Below are positions 22,441-35,295 of a stretch of DNA of 64,000 nt, piece after piece (within the stretch, counting starts at the first letter, position 1; every line of letters begins with the position of its first letter). A program made the translations under genes and the position numbers. The notes under the pieces were generated by a model that saw nothing but the letters and a program-made list of their open reading frames with translations, was not told the DNA's origin and searched no databases. Source of the stretch: Heptranchias perlo (lineage: Eukaryota); the NCBI RefSeq assembly GCF_035084215.1, contig NC_090347.1, positions 39,990,001-40,054,000 on the forward strand. Reading direction: 5' to 3'.

Positions 22441-25340
22441 TTTTTTTTATTCGTTCATGGGATGTGGGTGTCGCTGGCGAGGCCAGCATTTATTGCCCAT
22501 CCCTAATTGCCCTTGAGAAGGTGGTGGTGAGCCGTCTTCTTGAACCGCTGCAGTCCATGTGGTGAAGGTTCTCCCACAGTGCTGTTAGGAAGGGAGTTCC
22601 AGGATTTTGATCCAGCAACGATGAAGGAACGGTGATATATTTCCAAGTCGGGATGGTGTGTGACTTGGAGGGGAACGTGCAGGTGGTGTTGTTCCCATGT
22701 GCCTGCTGCTCTTGTCCTTCTAGGTGGTAGAGGTCGCGGGTTTGGGAGGTGCTATCGAAGAAGCCTTGGCGAGTTGCTGCAGTGCATCCTGTGGATGGTA
22801 CACACTGCAGCCACAGTGCGCCGGTGGTGAAGGGAGTGAATGTTTAGGGTGGTGGATGGGGTGCCAATCAAGCGGGCTGCTTTGTCCTGGATGGTGTCGA
22901 GCTTCTTGAGTGTTGTTGGAGCTGCACTCATCCAGGCAAGTGGAGAGTATTCCATCACACTCCTGACTTGTGCCTTGCAGATGGTGGAAAGGCTTTGGGG
23001 AGTCAGGAGGTGAGTCACTCGCCACAGAATACCCAGCCTCTGACCTGCTCTTGTAGCCACAGTATTTATATGGCTGGTCCAGTTAAGTTTCTGGTCAATG
23101 GTGACCCCCAGGATGTTGATGGTGGGGGATTTGGCAATGGTAATGCCATTGAATGTCAAGGGGAGGTGGTTAGATTCTCTCTTGTTGGAGATGGTCATTG
23201 CCTGGCACTTATCTGGTGCGAATGTTACTTGCCACTTATGAGCCCAAGCCTGGATGTTGTCCAGGTCTTGCTGCATGCGGGCTCAGACTGCTTCATTATC
23301 TGAGGGGTTGCGAATGGAACTGAACACTGTGCAATCATCAGCGAACATCCCCATTTCTGACCTTATGATGGAGGGAAGGTCATTGATGAAGCAGCTGAAG
23401 ATGTTTGAGCATAGGACACTGCCCTGAGGAACTCCTGCAGCAATGCCCTGGGGCTGAGATGATTGGCCTCCAACAACCACAACCATCTTCCTTTGTGCTA
23501 GGTATGATTCCAGCCACTGGAGAGTTTTCCCCCTGATTCCCATTGACTTCAATTTTACGAGGGCTCCTTGGGACAACACTCAGTCAAATGCTGCCTTGAT
23601 GTCAAGGGCAGTCACTCTCACCTCACCTCTGGAATTCAGCTCTTTTGTCCATGTTTGGACCAAGGCTGTAATGAGGTCTGGAGCCGAGTTGTCCTGGCGG
23701 AACCCAAACTGAGCATCGGTGAGTAGGTTATTGGTGAGTGAGTGACGCTTGATAGCACTGTCGACGACACCTTCCATCACTTTGCTGATGATTGAGAGTA
23801 GACTGATGGGGCGGTAATTGGCCGGATTGGATTTGTCCTGCTTTTTGTGGACAGGACATACCTGGGCAATTTTCTACATTGTCGGGCAGATGCCAGTGTT
23901 GTAGCTGTACTGGAACAGCTTGGCTAGAGGCGCAGCTAGTTCTGGAGCACAAGTCTTCAGCACTACAGCCGGTATGTTGTCGGGGCCCATTGCCTTTGCT
24001 GTATCCAGTGCACTCAGCCGTTTCTTGATATCACGTGGAGTGAATCGAATTGGCTGAAGACTGGCTTCTATGATGGTGGGGATAGCGGGAGGAGGCCGAG
24101 ATGGATCATCTACTCGGCACTTCTGGCTGAAGATGGTTGCAAATGCTTCAGCCTTGTCTTTTGCACTCACGTGCTGGACACCGCCATCATTGAGGATGGG
24201 GATGTTTGCAGAGCCTCCTCCTCCCATTAGTTGTTTAATTGTCCATCACCATTCACGACTGGATGTGGCAGGACTGCAGAGCTTTGATCTGATCCGTTGG
24301 TTGTGGAATCGCTTAGCTCTGTCTATAGCATGTTGCTTCCGCTGTTTAGCATGCATGTAGTCCTGAGTTGTAGCTTCACCAGGTTGGCACCTCCTTTTTA
24401 GGTACGCCTGGTGCTGCTCCTGGCATGCTCTTCTACACTCCTCATTGAACCAGGGTTGATCCCCTGGCTTGTTGGTAATGGTAGAGTGAGGAATATGCCG
24501 GGCCATGAAGTTACAGATTGTGCTGGAATACAATTCTGCTGCTGCTGATGGCCCACAGCACCTCATGGATGTCCAGTTTTGAGCTGCTAGATCTGTTCTG
24601 AATCTATCCCTTTTAGCACAGTGGTAGTGCCACACAACACGTTGGATGGTGTCCTCAGTGCAAAGACGGGACTTCATCTCCACGAGGACTGTGCGGTGGT
24701 CACTCCTACAAATACTGTCATGGACAGATGCATTTGCGACAGGTAGATTGGTGAGGACGAGGTCAAGTAAGTTTTTCCCTCGTGTTGGCTCACTCACTAC
24801 CTGCCGCAGTCCCAGTCTGACAGTTATGTCCTTCAGGACTCGGCCAGTAGTGGTGCTACCGAGCCACTCTTGGTGATGGACATTGAAGTCCCCCACCCAG
24901 AGTACATTCTGTGCCCTTGCTACCCTCAATGCTTCCTCCAAGTGGTGTTCAACATGGAGGAGGACTGATTCATCAGCTGAGGGAGGACGGTAGGTGGTAA
25001 TCAGCAGATTTAATAGCGAGATTTTACAACTGAGTGGCTTGCTAGGCCATTTCAGAGGGCAATTAAGAATCAACCACATTGCTGTGGGTCTGGAGTCACA
25101 TGTAGGCCAGACCGGGATAAGGATGGCAGGTTTCCTTCCCTGAAGAACCAGATGGGTTTTTATGACAATCCAATAGTTTCATGGCCACCATTACTGATAC
25201 CAGTATTTTAATTCCAGATTTTATTTCATTAATTGAATTTAAATTCCCCAGCTGCCGTGGCGGGAACTCGTGACTCTGGATTATTAGTCCAGACCTCTGG
25301 ATTACTAGTCTCGTAACGTAACCACTATGCTACCGTACCC
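22441..25340 (-). mobile_element. CR1/Zenon-like LINE (partial APE endonuclease + RT) with tRNA-like 5' head
   Basis: YRPP, GDFNVH, LDLVL, SDH, GPDNI, NYRPISLL, QFGFR, GVPQGSVL, FADD, KAQVR..MEY. One frame 25079-22503 with five premature stops and no frameshift; head ~25010-25340. Confidence 0.9.
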
Positions 25341-25547
25341 TATATCATTAATATTCTGGTCATTGCTCTTCTCTTGTTTATCCTAAGCCCCCAATATCCC
25401 ACCCTACACAATCTTCCTCCTCCCTGTACCCTCGCTGTTGAAATCAAGACTCATCACACCTTTTCTTGCACTAACTCATTCTCTCCCAGACCTCAGATCT
25501 CTGGAATGTCTAACCTCCCTCTGACTTCCCTTCCTCTTACGATCAAT

Positions 25548-25765
25548 AGGTGTCAGCCGTGGCTCAGTAGGTAGCACTTTCACCTCTGAGTCACCAGGTT
25601 GTGGGTTCTAAGTCCCACTCCAGAGACTTGAGCACATAATCCAGGCTGACGCTCCCATTGCAGTACTGAGGGAGTGCTACACTGTCGGAGGTACCGTCTT
25701 TCGGATGAGATGTTAAAATGAAGCTCTGTCTGCCCTCTCAGGTGGTTGTAAATGATCCCATGGCA
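25548..25765 (+). mobile_element. SacSINE1-like SINE 5' half
   Basis: gtggctcagtaggtagcac...tgagtc head followed by the Deu core. Confidence 0.85.
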
Positions 25766-25799
25766 CAACATGGCTTATGAGTCCCGTGGCACTAATGAG

Positions 25800-26555
25800 A
25801 ATAGGGATAGGGCCACTCAGGGAGACACAAGATAAACTCACAGGCAATGACAGCGAAATGGCAGAAATATTAAATAATTACTTTGCCTCAGTATTTACCA
25901 GGAAGACTAACATGGTGGGCATGACATTAAAAGAAGAGATCAAATAAGGTATAAAGACATTTAAGATAGAAAGGGAGGAGATAATTGATAAACTAAACAA
26001 ACATAGAGAGGATAAAACCCCTGCTCCGCATGGATTGCATCCGTGCATATTAAAAGAATTTAGAGAGATAGCAGAGGCTCTATAACAAATATATAAAAAT
26101 TCATTTGAAAAATAGTGCCTGAGGACTGGCGGACAGCTAAGTGATTCCGATATTTAAAACAACAATAACTTGCATTTATATAGCGCCTTTAATGTAGTAA
26201 AGCGTCCCAAGGGAAATAGTACAAGTCCAGGGAACTACAGACCAATTAGCTTAATGTCAGTGGTAGGAAAAATAATGGAATCCTTACTCAAAGAAGTAAT
26301 AGAAAAACATCTATTAACAAAAATATAATAAAGATTAGTCAGCACAGATTTCAAAAGGGAAAGTCATACTTGACCAACCTTATTGAATTCTTTGAAGAAG
26401 GAACACAAAGGGTCGATAAGGGTAATACAATCAATGTAATATATTTGGATTTTCAGAAGGCTTTCGATAAGGTACCGGCTCGTGACTAAGGTCCGAGCAT
26501 GTGGAGTCAGGGGACGAGTAGCAGAATGGATGGCAAACCGGCTACAAAATAGAAA
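25800..26555 (+). mobile_element. Internal CR1 ORF2 fragment (RT N-terminal part) with a ~50-bp L2/SINE tail insert at ~26160-26210
   Basis: [45 protein letters not shown] remnants. Confidence 0.85.
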
Positions 26556-26559
26556 GTTG

Positions 26560-26945
26560 GGGTACAGTAGCATAGTAGTTCTGTTACAGGACTAATAATC
26601 TAGAGAACATGAGTTCAAATCCCAGCCTGGCAGTTTGAGAATTTGAATTCAGTGTTTTTAAAATCTGGAAATAAAAAGCTGTTTTCAGTAAAAAGTTACC
26701 ATGAAGCTGTCAGATTGTCATAAAAACCCAACTGGTTCACTAATGTTAGGGAAGGAAGCCTGCCATCCTTACTCAGTCTGGCCTATATGTGACTCCAGAC
26801 CCAGGTCAATGTGGTCGACTCTTAACTGCCCTCTGAAGTGGCCTAGCAAGCCACTCAGTTGTATCAAACTCGGGGCAACTAGGGATGGGCAGTGAATGTT
26901 GGTCTTGCCAGCGACACCCACGTCTTGAGAATGAACAATAAAAAA
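26560..26945 (+). mobile_element. SINE-sized member of the tRNA-headed family (head + ~70 bp LINE tail)
   Basis: A-box-like TAGCATAGTAG, B-box GAGTTCAAATCC; tail gggcaactagggatgggc...gccagcgacacccac and A-rich end. Confidence 0.85.
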
Positions 26946-27764
26946 ATAATGGTGACGAAGGTAATTGTGCCTACTGCTAGCCTCATGTGGTAATACCAGC
27001 CTGCTCTGCAACCTCCACCATGCCATTCTGTTCAGGCACTGCTGCCCTCTGGATTGAATGCAAACTCATGCATCTTCAATGTTTTATTGCCCTTTAAAGG
27101 GGCAGTGTTCTCTCCTGTTAGATTGCTTGGGATCCTTTCACTCCTTTTCTCAACGCACAATGGAGTCACATTTTATGCTGCTTCTTGCCTATGACGTCAA
27201 CCTGCCAAAAATGACATCTTCTTTTGTGGCTTTTTCCCTCCCTGACACCACAACCACCCCCAACCACTTTTTTGTGTCAATTCTGTGGTCATCAAGGTGA
27301 GGGATATTAGTGCCGAGGAATGGAACAGTTTGGATACCCAGCTAGTAGGAACAGGAGTAGGCCATTCAGCCCCTCGAGCCTGTTCTGCCATTCAATTGAA
27401 TCATGGCTGATCTGAACCTCAACCCTATTTACCTGCTTTTGATCTATATCCTTTGATACCCTTACCCAACAAAAATCTATCAATCTCAGTCTTCAAGATC
27501 AGGTACAACATAGTTCTTGGACAACACTGTGCCTCAGCGCCAAAAGATCATCGGTTCGATATTTTTTCATTTCCCACACCAGCAATCCTGTGCCCTCTCC
27601 CTCTCATTGAGATCACCAAGTAGAGTCAATTAAGCATGAGGTTTATGCAGACAGCTCATGCCACAAGCTTGTTTGGTCTAAGGCTTTCATCCCATCACTC
27701 CCGGTTGAATTTCCAACCGACTGCGCCACCCAATGCCAGCTTCTCCCCCTCTTTAAAACTGCAG

Positions 27765-28001
27765 CTGGTGTGGTACTGAGCCTCACAGACAATGTGGGTC
27801 CTTAGGTCTGATCCCCGATCAGTGCAGAGTTGGTTGATCTTGGGGCAGGTGTCAGTGTTACAGTTGATCTTCACGCTTCTGGGTTAGAGAAGGGTCAAAA
27901 ATCCATCAGGACTCCCGCTCCTGATCATTACCCAGTGCCCCTACAGGAGAGGGCAGATACGTGGGCCTGAGGTGAGGACAGGTTCGGACTGGGCTGTGAT
28001 G
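27765..28001 (+). mobile_element. AmnSINE2/MamSINE1-like SINE 5' part; 3' part resumes at 32241-32380
   Basis: Breaks at gggctgtgatg; continues cc...gctgacactc...gtaaagaatggtcac after the CR1. Confidence 0.6.
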
Positions 28002-31000
28002 TAACTGGTGTTCTCAAAAGGTGTACAAAGTAGAAGATTATCTGCTGAAGCACAGAGTGCATTGCAAAGAGAGTGGATTGTGAACAGAGTGGGAACTTGA
28101 GAATTTGGTGTAGAGGGGGAAGGAGGTGCGAAATTTTTAATTTTTTTTTAAATAGTAAAAAAACCCAAAACAGACTAAAAAGTAATTATCGATAAATAAA
28201 TATAGACCAAGATACAGCAGAGCAGGTTGTGTGTCTGGACCGCAGTATGTGGGAGTTTGTGGACAGCGAGAATGTCTTGTGCGAACACATCTGCAGTAGA
28301 TGTCTCCGCCTCGAATTTCTCCAGTTCAGAGTCATTGAGCTGGATGCGAGTTGGAGACACTCTGACACATGAGGGAGGGGGAGGAGTGTCTGGACAGTTT
28401 GCTCCAGACCTCGATCACACCTTGTAGAGAGGCACACGATCTGAACCCGGTTGGTGCACAGAGTAAGGGGAACCCAGGTGAGATAGAGAACGAGCATCCG
28501 CAGAAACTGATCCTATCCAACAGGTACAATGTACTTGCTACCTGTGAGGATAAGGATGAAGACTGTCAGAAGGACAGTCAGAATGCTGACCGTGGCACCC
28601 TGGAGCTGGAGGCTGTCCAAAGGGAGGATGAGGAGGAGGAGCTTGATGTGGTAGCTTTAGGGGAGTCAATAATTAGGGGGAGAGATAGCATCCTTTGTAA
28701 GCAGGATCGAGAGTCCCACATAGTATATTGCCTACCTGGTGCCAGGGTGAGGGAGAGGGAGAATCCAGTCATTGTGGTCCATGTTGGGACCAACAACATA
28801 GGAAAGAGTAGGCAAGAGGTCCTGTTCAGAGAGTACCAGGCGCTCGGAGCTAAATTAAAAAAACAGGACCTCAAGGGTTATAATCTCTGGATTATTACCC
28901 GAGCCACGGGCAAATTGGCGTAGATTAGGGAGATGAACACGTGGCTGAAGGAGTGGTGTGGGAAATAGAGGTTCCATTTCATGGGACACTGGTACCAGTA
29001 CTGGGAAAGGAAGGAACTGTACCGTTGGGACAGGCTCCACCTGAACTGGGCTGGGACCAGAGTCCTAGCGGAAAGGATAAATGGGGCAGTCATAAGGACT
29101 TTAAACTAGTAAATGGGGAGGAGTTTTCAGGTGAGAAAGGTAGTATAAATAATAATTCTAAAACAAAACGAAAAGGAAGAGGGTAGACTAATAGTCAGAA
29201 ATTCTGCTTTAGGCACTCCAGGTAAAGGGAAAATTAAAAGATGTAAAGTAATTAAATCAGGAGAGAGAAATAAGAAATGCGTGAGAAAAACATTTGAGCA
29301 GAAGGACAGGTTTGGGTGTGTGGCCCAAATAAGCATTCTTCATACAAATGCATGGAGTATAAGGAATAAATTGAATGAATTACAGGCCCAAATTCAACTT
29401 AGAAGGTACGACATGGTAGCCATTACTGAGACATGGCTGCAAGACAGTCAGAACTGGGAACTGAATATACCAGGTTATAAGGTCTATAGGAAGGATAGGG
29501 AAACTGGCAGAGGGGAGGAGCCTTAGTGATTAAGGATGAAATTACTTCAATGATAAGAGAGGATAGAATGAGAGGTAAGCAGGCAGTGGAGACTTTATGG
29601 GTAGAATTAAGAAATAGAAAAGGAATTAAAACTGTAGTGAGAATTGTGTATAAGCCCCCTGGTAGCAGCTGTGAAGTGGCAGAATATATAAATGTAGAGA
29701 TTAGACAAGCATGTAGTAAAGGCAGAATGGTTTTAATGGGGGATTTTAACTTTCATATAGAGTGTGATAACCAGACGAGCTCATGTCAGAAAGGTAGTGA
29801 ATTTCTTGAGTGTGTTCAGGACAGCTTTCTGCAACAATAAGTCCTAGAACCAACAAGGGGGCAGGCCATATTAGATTTAATAATGAGTGATGAGCCAGAT
29901 TTAGTTAACAGCCTAACGGTACGTGAACATTTATCTAATAACGATTATTTATCCAATAGCGATCATAATATGATCGAGTTCAACGTTGTGTTTGAAAGGG
30001 AGGATCTCGTATCAGCCTCTAAGATTCTAAATTTAGGTAAGGCCAACTTCAACGGGATGAGACAGAGACTGTCCACAGTAAACTGGGCAAATCTGTTAAT
30101 GGGTAAAACGACAGAAGATCAGTGGGAGGTGTTCAAAAAAGAATTTAACGTGATACAGAACCAGTTTATACCCCTAAAGGGCAAGAACTCTACTTGTCAA
30201 AAAAAAAAGCCATGGACGACAAAAGAGGTAGGGGACAACATAAAACTAAAGGAAAAAGCAAACAAAAATGCAAAGAAATGCACAGATCCTGGCGATTGGG
30301 AGAGATACAAAGAACAGCAAAGAGTGACAAAACAGATAGTAAGAGCTACAAAAAGGGAATAGGAAAGGAAACTTGCAAGGGATATCAAAATTAACACAAA
30401 ATTTTTTTTAAGTTATATTAGGAAAAAGAGGGTGGTCAAGAGCAATGTGGGCCCCGTAAAATCTGATAATGGTGATATTGAAAATGAAAATAAGGAAATG
30501 GCGGACATGTTAAATAATTATTTTGCGTCAGTATTTACAGTAGAGGAAGAGGATAGCATGTCGGACACCCCAAGGAAACTAATTTTGAATCAGGGACAGG
30601 GACTCACCATAATTAACGTAAGCAAATTCACAGTAATGAAGAAAATAATGGCACTAAAGAGTGACAAATCCCCAGGACCCGAGGATTTTCATCCTACGGT
30701 TTTAAAGGAAGTAGGTGAGAACATTAAAGATGCTCTAACTATAATCTTCCAACTTTCTCTCTATTCAGGAACCATTCCATTAGATTGGAAAATTACACAT
30801 ATCACTGCGCTATTTAAGAAAGGTGAGAGAGGGAAACCAGGGAATTATAGACCAATTAGTCTAATATCTGTTGTCAGGAAATTACTAGAGTCTATAATTA
30901 AGGATAGAATGACTGAATACCTTGAAAATTTTCAGCTGATCAGAGAGAGCCAGTGTGGATTTGTAAAGGGTAGGTCATGCCTGACGAAGCTGATTGGATT

Positions 31001-32240
31001 TTTTGGAGAGGTGACTAAAGTGGTGGATAGGGGAATGTCTATGGATGTTGTTTATATGAACTTCCAGAAGGCATCTGATAAAGTCCCTCATAAGAGACTG
31101 TTAGCTAAAGTTGAAGCTCATGGAATCCAGAGCAAATTATTGACCTGGTTAGGAAATTGGCTGAGCAGCAGGAGACAGAGAGTATGGATAATGGGCAGAT
31201 ACTCGAATTGGCAGGTGTGATTAATGGTGTCCCACAGGGATCTGTGTTGGGGCCTCAACTATTCACTGTATTTATTAATGACTTAGATGATGGGATAGAG
31301 AGCCACACATTCAAGTTTGTCGATGACCCAAAGATAGGCAGCATTGTAAGCAATGTAGATGGAAGCACATAATTACAGAGTGCTATTAATAGATTAAGTG
31401 AATGGGCAAAACAGTGGCAAATGGATTTCGGTATAGGCAAGTGTGAGGTCATCCACTTTGGACCTAAAAAGAATAGATCAGTGTACATTCTAAATGGTGA
31501 AAAGCTCGAAAGTGTGGAGATCCAAAGAGACTTAGGGGTCCATGTACAAAGATCATTAAAATGTCATGGAGAGGTACATAAAATAATCAAAAAGACTATT
31601 TGAATGCCCGCCTTTATATCTAGTGGACTAGAATACAAGGGGGGGGTGGGGGGTAGAAGTTATACTACAGCTATACAAAGCCCTGGTTAGACCACATCTG
31701 GAGTACTGTGTTCAGTTCTGGGCACTGCACCTTAGGAAGGATATATTGGCTTTGGAGGGAGTGCAGCGTAGATTTACGAGAATGATACCTGGACTCCAAG
31801 GGTTAAATTACGATGAGACATTACTCAAACTAGGGTTGCATTCCCTGGAATTTAGAAGATTAAAGGGTGATTTGATCGAAGTTTTCAAGATATTTAGGGG
31901 AATTGATAGGGTAGATAGAGAGAAACTATTTCCGCTGGTTGGGGAGTCTAGGACTAGGAGACATAGCCCAAAAATTAGAACCAGGACTTTCAGAAGTGAA
32001 GTTAGGAAACACTTCTACATAGAAAGGGTGGTAGAAGTTTGGAACTCTCTTCTGCAAATGTCAGTTGATGCTCGCTCAATTATTAATTTTAAATCTGAGA
32101 CTGATAGATTTTTGTTAACCAAAGGGATATGGGGCTAAGGCAAGTATATGGAGTTAGGTCACAGGTCAGCCATGACCTCATTGAATGGCAGAACAGGCTC
32201 AAGGGGCTAAATGGCCTACTCCTGTTCCTATGTTCCTATG
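28002..32240 (+). mobile_element. Near full-length CR1 LINE, inactivated (ORF1 ~28210-29105; ORF2 ~29330-32138)
   Basis: ORF1 Cys-rich N-terminus and SGNH-esterase motifs (GESIIR, CLPGARV, VHVGTNN). ORF2 [44 protein letters not shown]. Tail (gttcctat)n. Many stops and frameshifts. Confidence 0.95.
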
Positions 32241-33214
32241 CCACACATGGCTTGCTGACACTCTCTGGGCAATCTCCCATGTAAAGAATGGTCACATGAG
32301 CACGATACTGGGCTGCTGATGGTCGTTGAACTGTAACCCAGCTCGGGGTCAATGCCTTCAGGAGAGGAGGGGAGAAATTCGGATGGAAGGAAACTGCTGT
32401 CATTCAGAGGCTTAGCAGCGATTTGGGCATTCAGGTCTTTATTCAGTTTCAAGGTGTGCTCACTGCATTTCATTTTGGGTTCTGACAGCTCATTGTCTAC
32501 CCATAAGCCACAAAGATCTTTTATAGAAAGAGGAGCACAGCACAGAGAGGCAACAGCCCACTTAAACAATATCTGGAGGCCACTAAACACTGCTCGCTCA
32601 CATCAGTCACAGACTAGATTCATTCACGGCTTGACATATGTTATCGTTTAGCTGAATTTTAAGCAAACAGTAAATTCTGTCTGAGAGTTTCCCGACATTT
32701 GCCCTGCAGTGATTCCACATTCCTGTGGTCTCTGAATTAACTGTTAATGACCGCTGCAGTGTAAAGGGAGGTTGGCTGCTTTGTAATGGCCCTGTCAAGT
32801 ACCAATTGTACAATGAAGAATCTGGCATTGACTGATCATGTTTCTTGAAATGTTACTTGCCTCATTTTTCACTGAGTCTGTGTGTCTGTTGCTTGTCTTG
32901 GTTGTAATTCCACTTCTATCCGTGAATCCATTCCCATCTCTGTATCCCGCTCCTATCTGCAATCCCACTCCTAGCTGTTACTGAAGGCAAAAACATTAGG
33001 TGCATGGATCCTCAAATGGGAAAGTTCAGGTATGGAGAGATGAGTTTGGATGGGTCTTTGTTAATTTCTAATATGTGTTGACTGTTTCTTTTCACAAGCT
33101 TCACTTTCCCCAAGTGTTCACCCACTGGATCAATCAACATTGTTTCAGAGAATTTCCCAACCACAGCTGTTGAATTTCAAAAGGTTATTGGCTCAAGCCC
33201 CTACTCATCATCTA

Positions 33215-33730
33215 GGCTAACACTTCAGTGCGGTACTGAGGGAGTGCAGCTCTGTCGGAGGTGCCGTCTTTTCAGATGAAACATTAAACTGAGGCCCCGC
33301 CTGTCTTTTTGGGTGGATGGAAAAGATCCCATTGCATTATTCAAGGAAGAGGCAGGAGTTTTCCCAGTGTCCTGGCCAACACTGGGATGTAGTAGAAATC
33401 TGGAACTCTCTCCCCCAAAAGGCTGTGGATACTGGGGGACAATTGGTGCTTTTAAGACTGAGATTGATAGATTTTTGTTAAGTAAGGATATCAAGGGTAT
33501 GGAGCAAAGGCAGGAAAATGGAGTTGAGATACAGATCAGCTATTATCTAATTGAATGACGGAGGGGCTGAATGGCCTACTTCTGTTTCTACGTTCCTATG
33601 TAACACTACCAAAAACAGATTAAATGGCCATTTATCTAATTTTGCTGTTTGTGGGATCTGGCTGTGCACGCAAATTGGCTGCCACTTTTGCCTACATAAC
33701 AACGGTGACTGCCTTTCAAGTTATTTATTG
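33215..33730 (+). mobile_element. SacSINE1-like SINE split by a CR1 3' end (~33390-33600)
   Basis: Deu core, then IWNSLP-type CR1 tail, then the SINE resumes at aaaacagatt. Confidence 0.8.
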
Positions 33731-34319
33731 CCCAGCCAAGCTCAGGTGTAGGAACAAGTAGAGGGAAGTCATGTATCCTGATTGGATCAAAGTAAAAGTT
33801 GTACTTGAACTGTTCACAGTTTATAAACAGCAACATGAAGGCTGCTCAGGAAGGCCATCTGGAAGCACAGTGTGGGCCTGATGGTGTACTCCACGGAGAG
33901 CAACTCCATCTGCCATCACTCAGGGCAAAATTGGTTTCTGGTTAATGTTTGGGAGCAGCACTTTCCATCATAAGGCATAGGTGGTAAGTTTTTCTTGCAA
34001 CTATAGCAGAAACTTAAAGAAGCAAGGAGATCTGAACTGCGGCTCCAAACCCTTCACCCTCTTAAGCTGAAGGAGTGAAGACAACTTGTGACATTGCAAG
34101 CTATGAGATTTGGATTACCCCAATGAGCCACATCAATGGGATTCTTGTTGGCATTTCTTAGGCAACTGCACTCGTGAACTTCACGCAACACAGCTACCTC
34201 CATGACTTGGTTGGTAAGTGAATAACTTGTTGACACACATGCAGAATGGCTGCATGGGTGATGTATTATATATTATATACCAACAAGATTTGTGCTCATG
34301 TGGTCCAGCAAGGAGTCAA

Positions 34320-34560
34320 TGTCTTCTCTCTTTGTTCTTATATCTCTCTCTGTTTTTATATATCTCTTTCTCTGTTGTCATCTCTCTCTCTCTTTCTCTC
34401 TCTCTCTCTGTTCTTGTATCTCTCTCTGTTCATTATGTACCTCCCTCTCTGTTCTTATATCGTGCTCTCTATCCTTTATGAATCTCTCTCTCTTTATCTC
34501 TGTTCCTGTCTTTCCCTCTCTTGCATTCACTCCCTCTCTGTATGTCTCTCTCTCTCTCCA
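34320..34560. repeat. (CT)n-rich low-complexity tract
   Basis: Runs of tctctc. Confidence 0.9.
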
Positions 34561-35295
34561 CAATCAGACCCTGAGACTCAGAACCCAATCTTGGATCTGA
34601 TGGTGTTCAATCATGGTGGTGGCATTCCAGTTACACAGGGATGTGTGGCGACGGCAGGTGGCACAGTAGCAACTCCGGTGAGGAGGGAGGTTTTTGAAAA
34701 GAATTCCCTGGCAGTGGGGAAACTTATACTATTTTTTAAAAATACTCAACAGTATTGTAAATATAATGTTTCCTAACACAAAACTGGGGAAGGTCCTTTT
34801 AAGAAGTCACCATACCCCACAAAGGGTCTCTTCCCTCCCACTGTGACTGGAATCTCCTTCTTTGTGACTTCTTCAAGGCCAGTTCGGGGTTCGGTCATGA
34901 TTGGGAGAGGACCTCTGTTGGGGGGCAGGGGTGGAATTACTTAAAAGGTTTTCCACGGTAGCGACCTGGGAAAAATGTACTATTTACAATGCTGGACTGG
35001 AACACCCTCCCCCACAGCTGTCACCCACCCCACAATTGCCATACGAACCTGCCATGAATGAGCTCCCCTGAGCACCTTTACCTTTCTCCCTTCTCCGCTC
35101 CCACCACCCATGTCTGGCACCCATGCCTTTCCCCTAAGAAAACTCACCATGATAACCATAGGATTGTGCTTTTGTCAGTGTCATCCTGAAAACCCTCCCT
35201 CTCAATCTTAATGGATGGAAAATTGTGGGGGTTGTGCTTTGGATCATTCTTAAATTCCCAATACACACTCCCGGCGTGCAAAGCTTTACATCAGA

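Noticed and set aside
25240-25640. tRNA genes
   Set aside because: The A/B-box heads continue into SINE/LINE bodies and lack complete cloverleaves.
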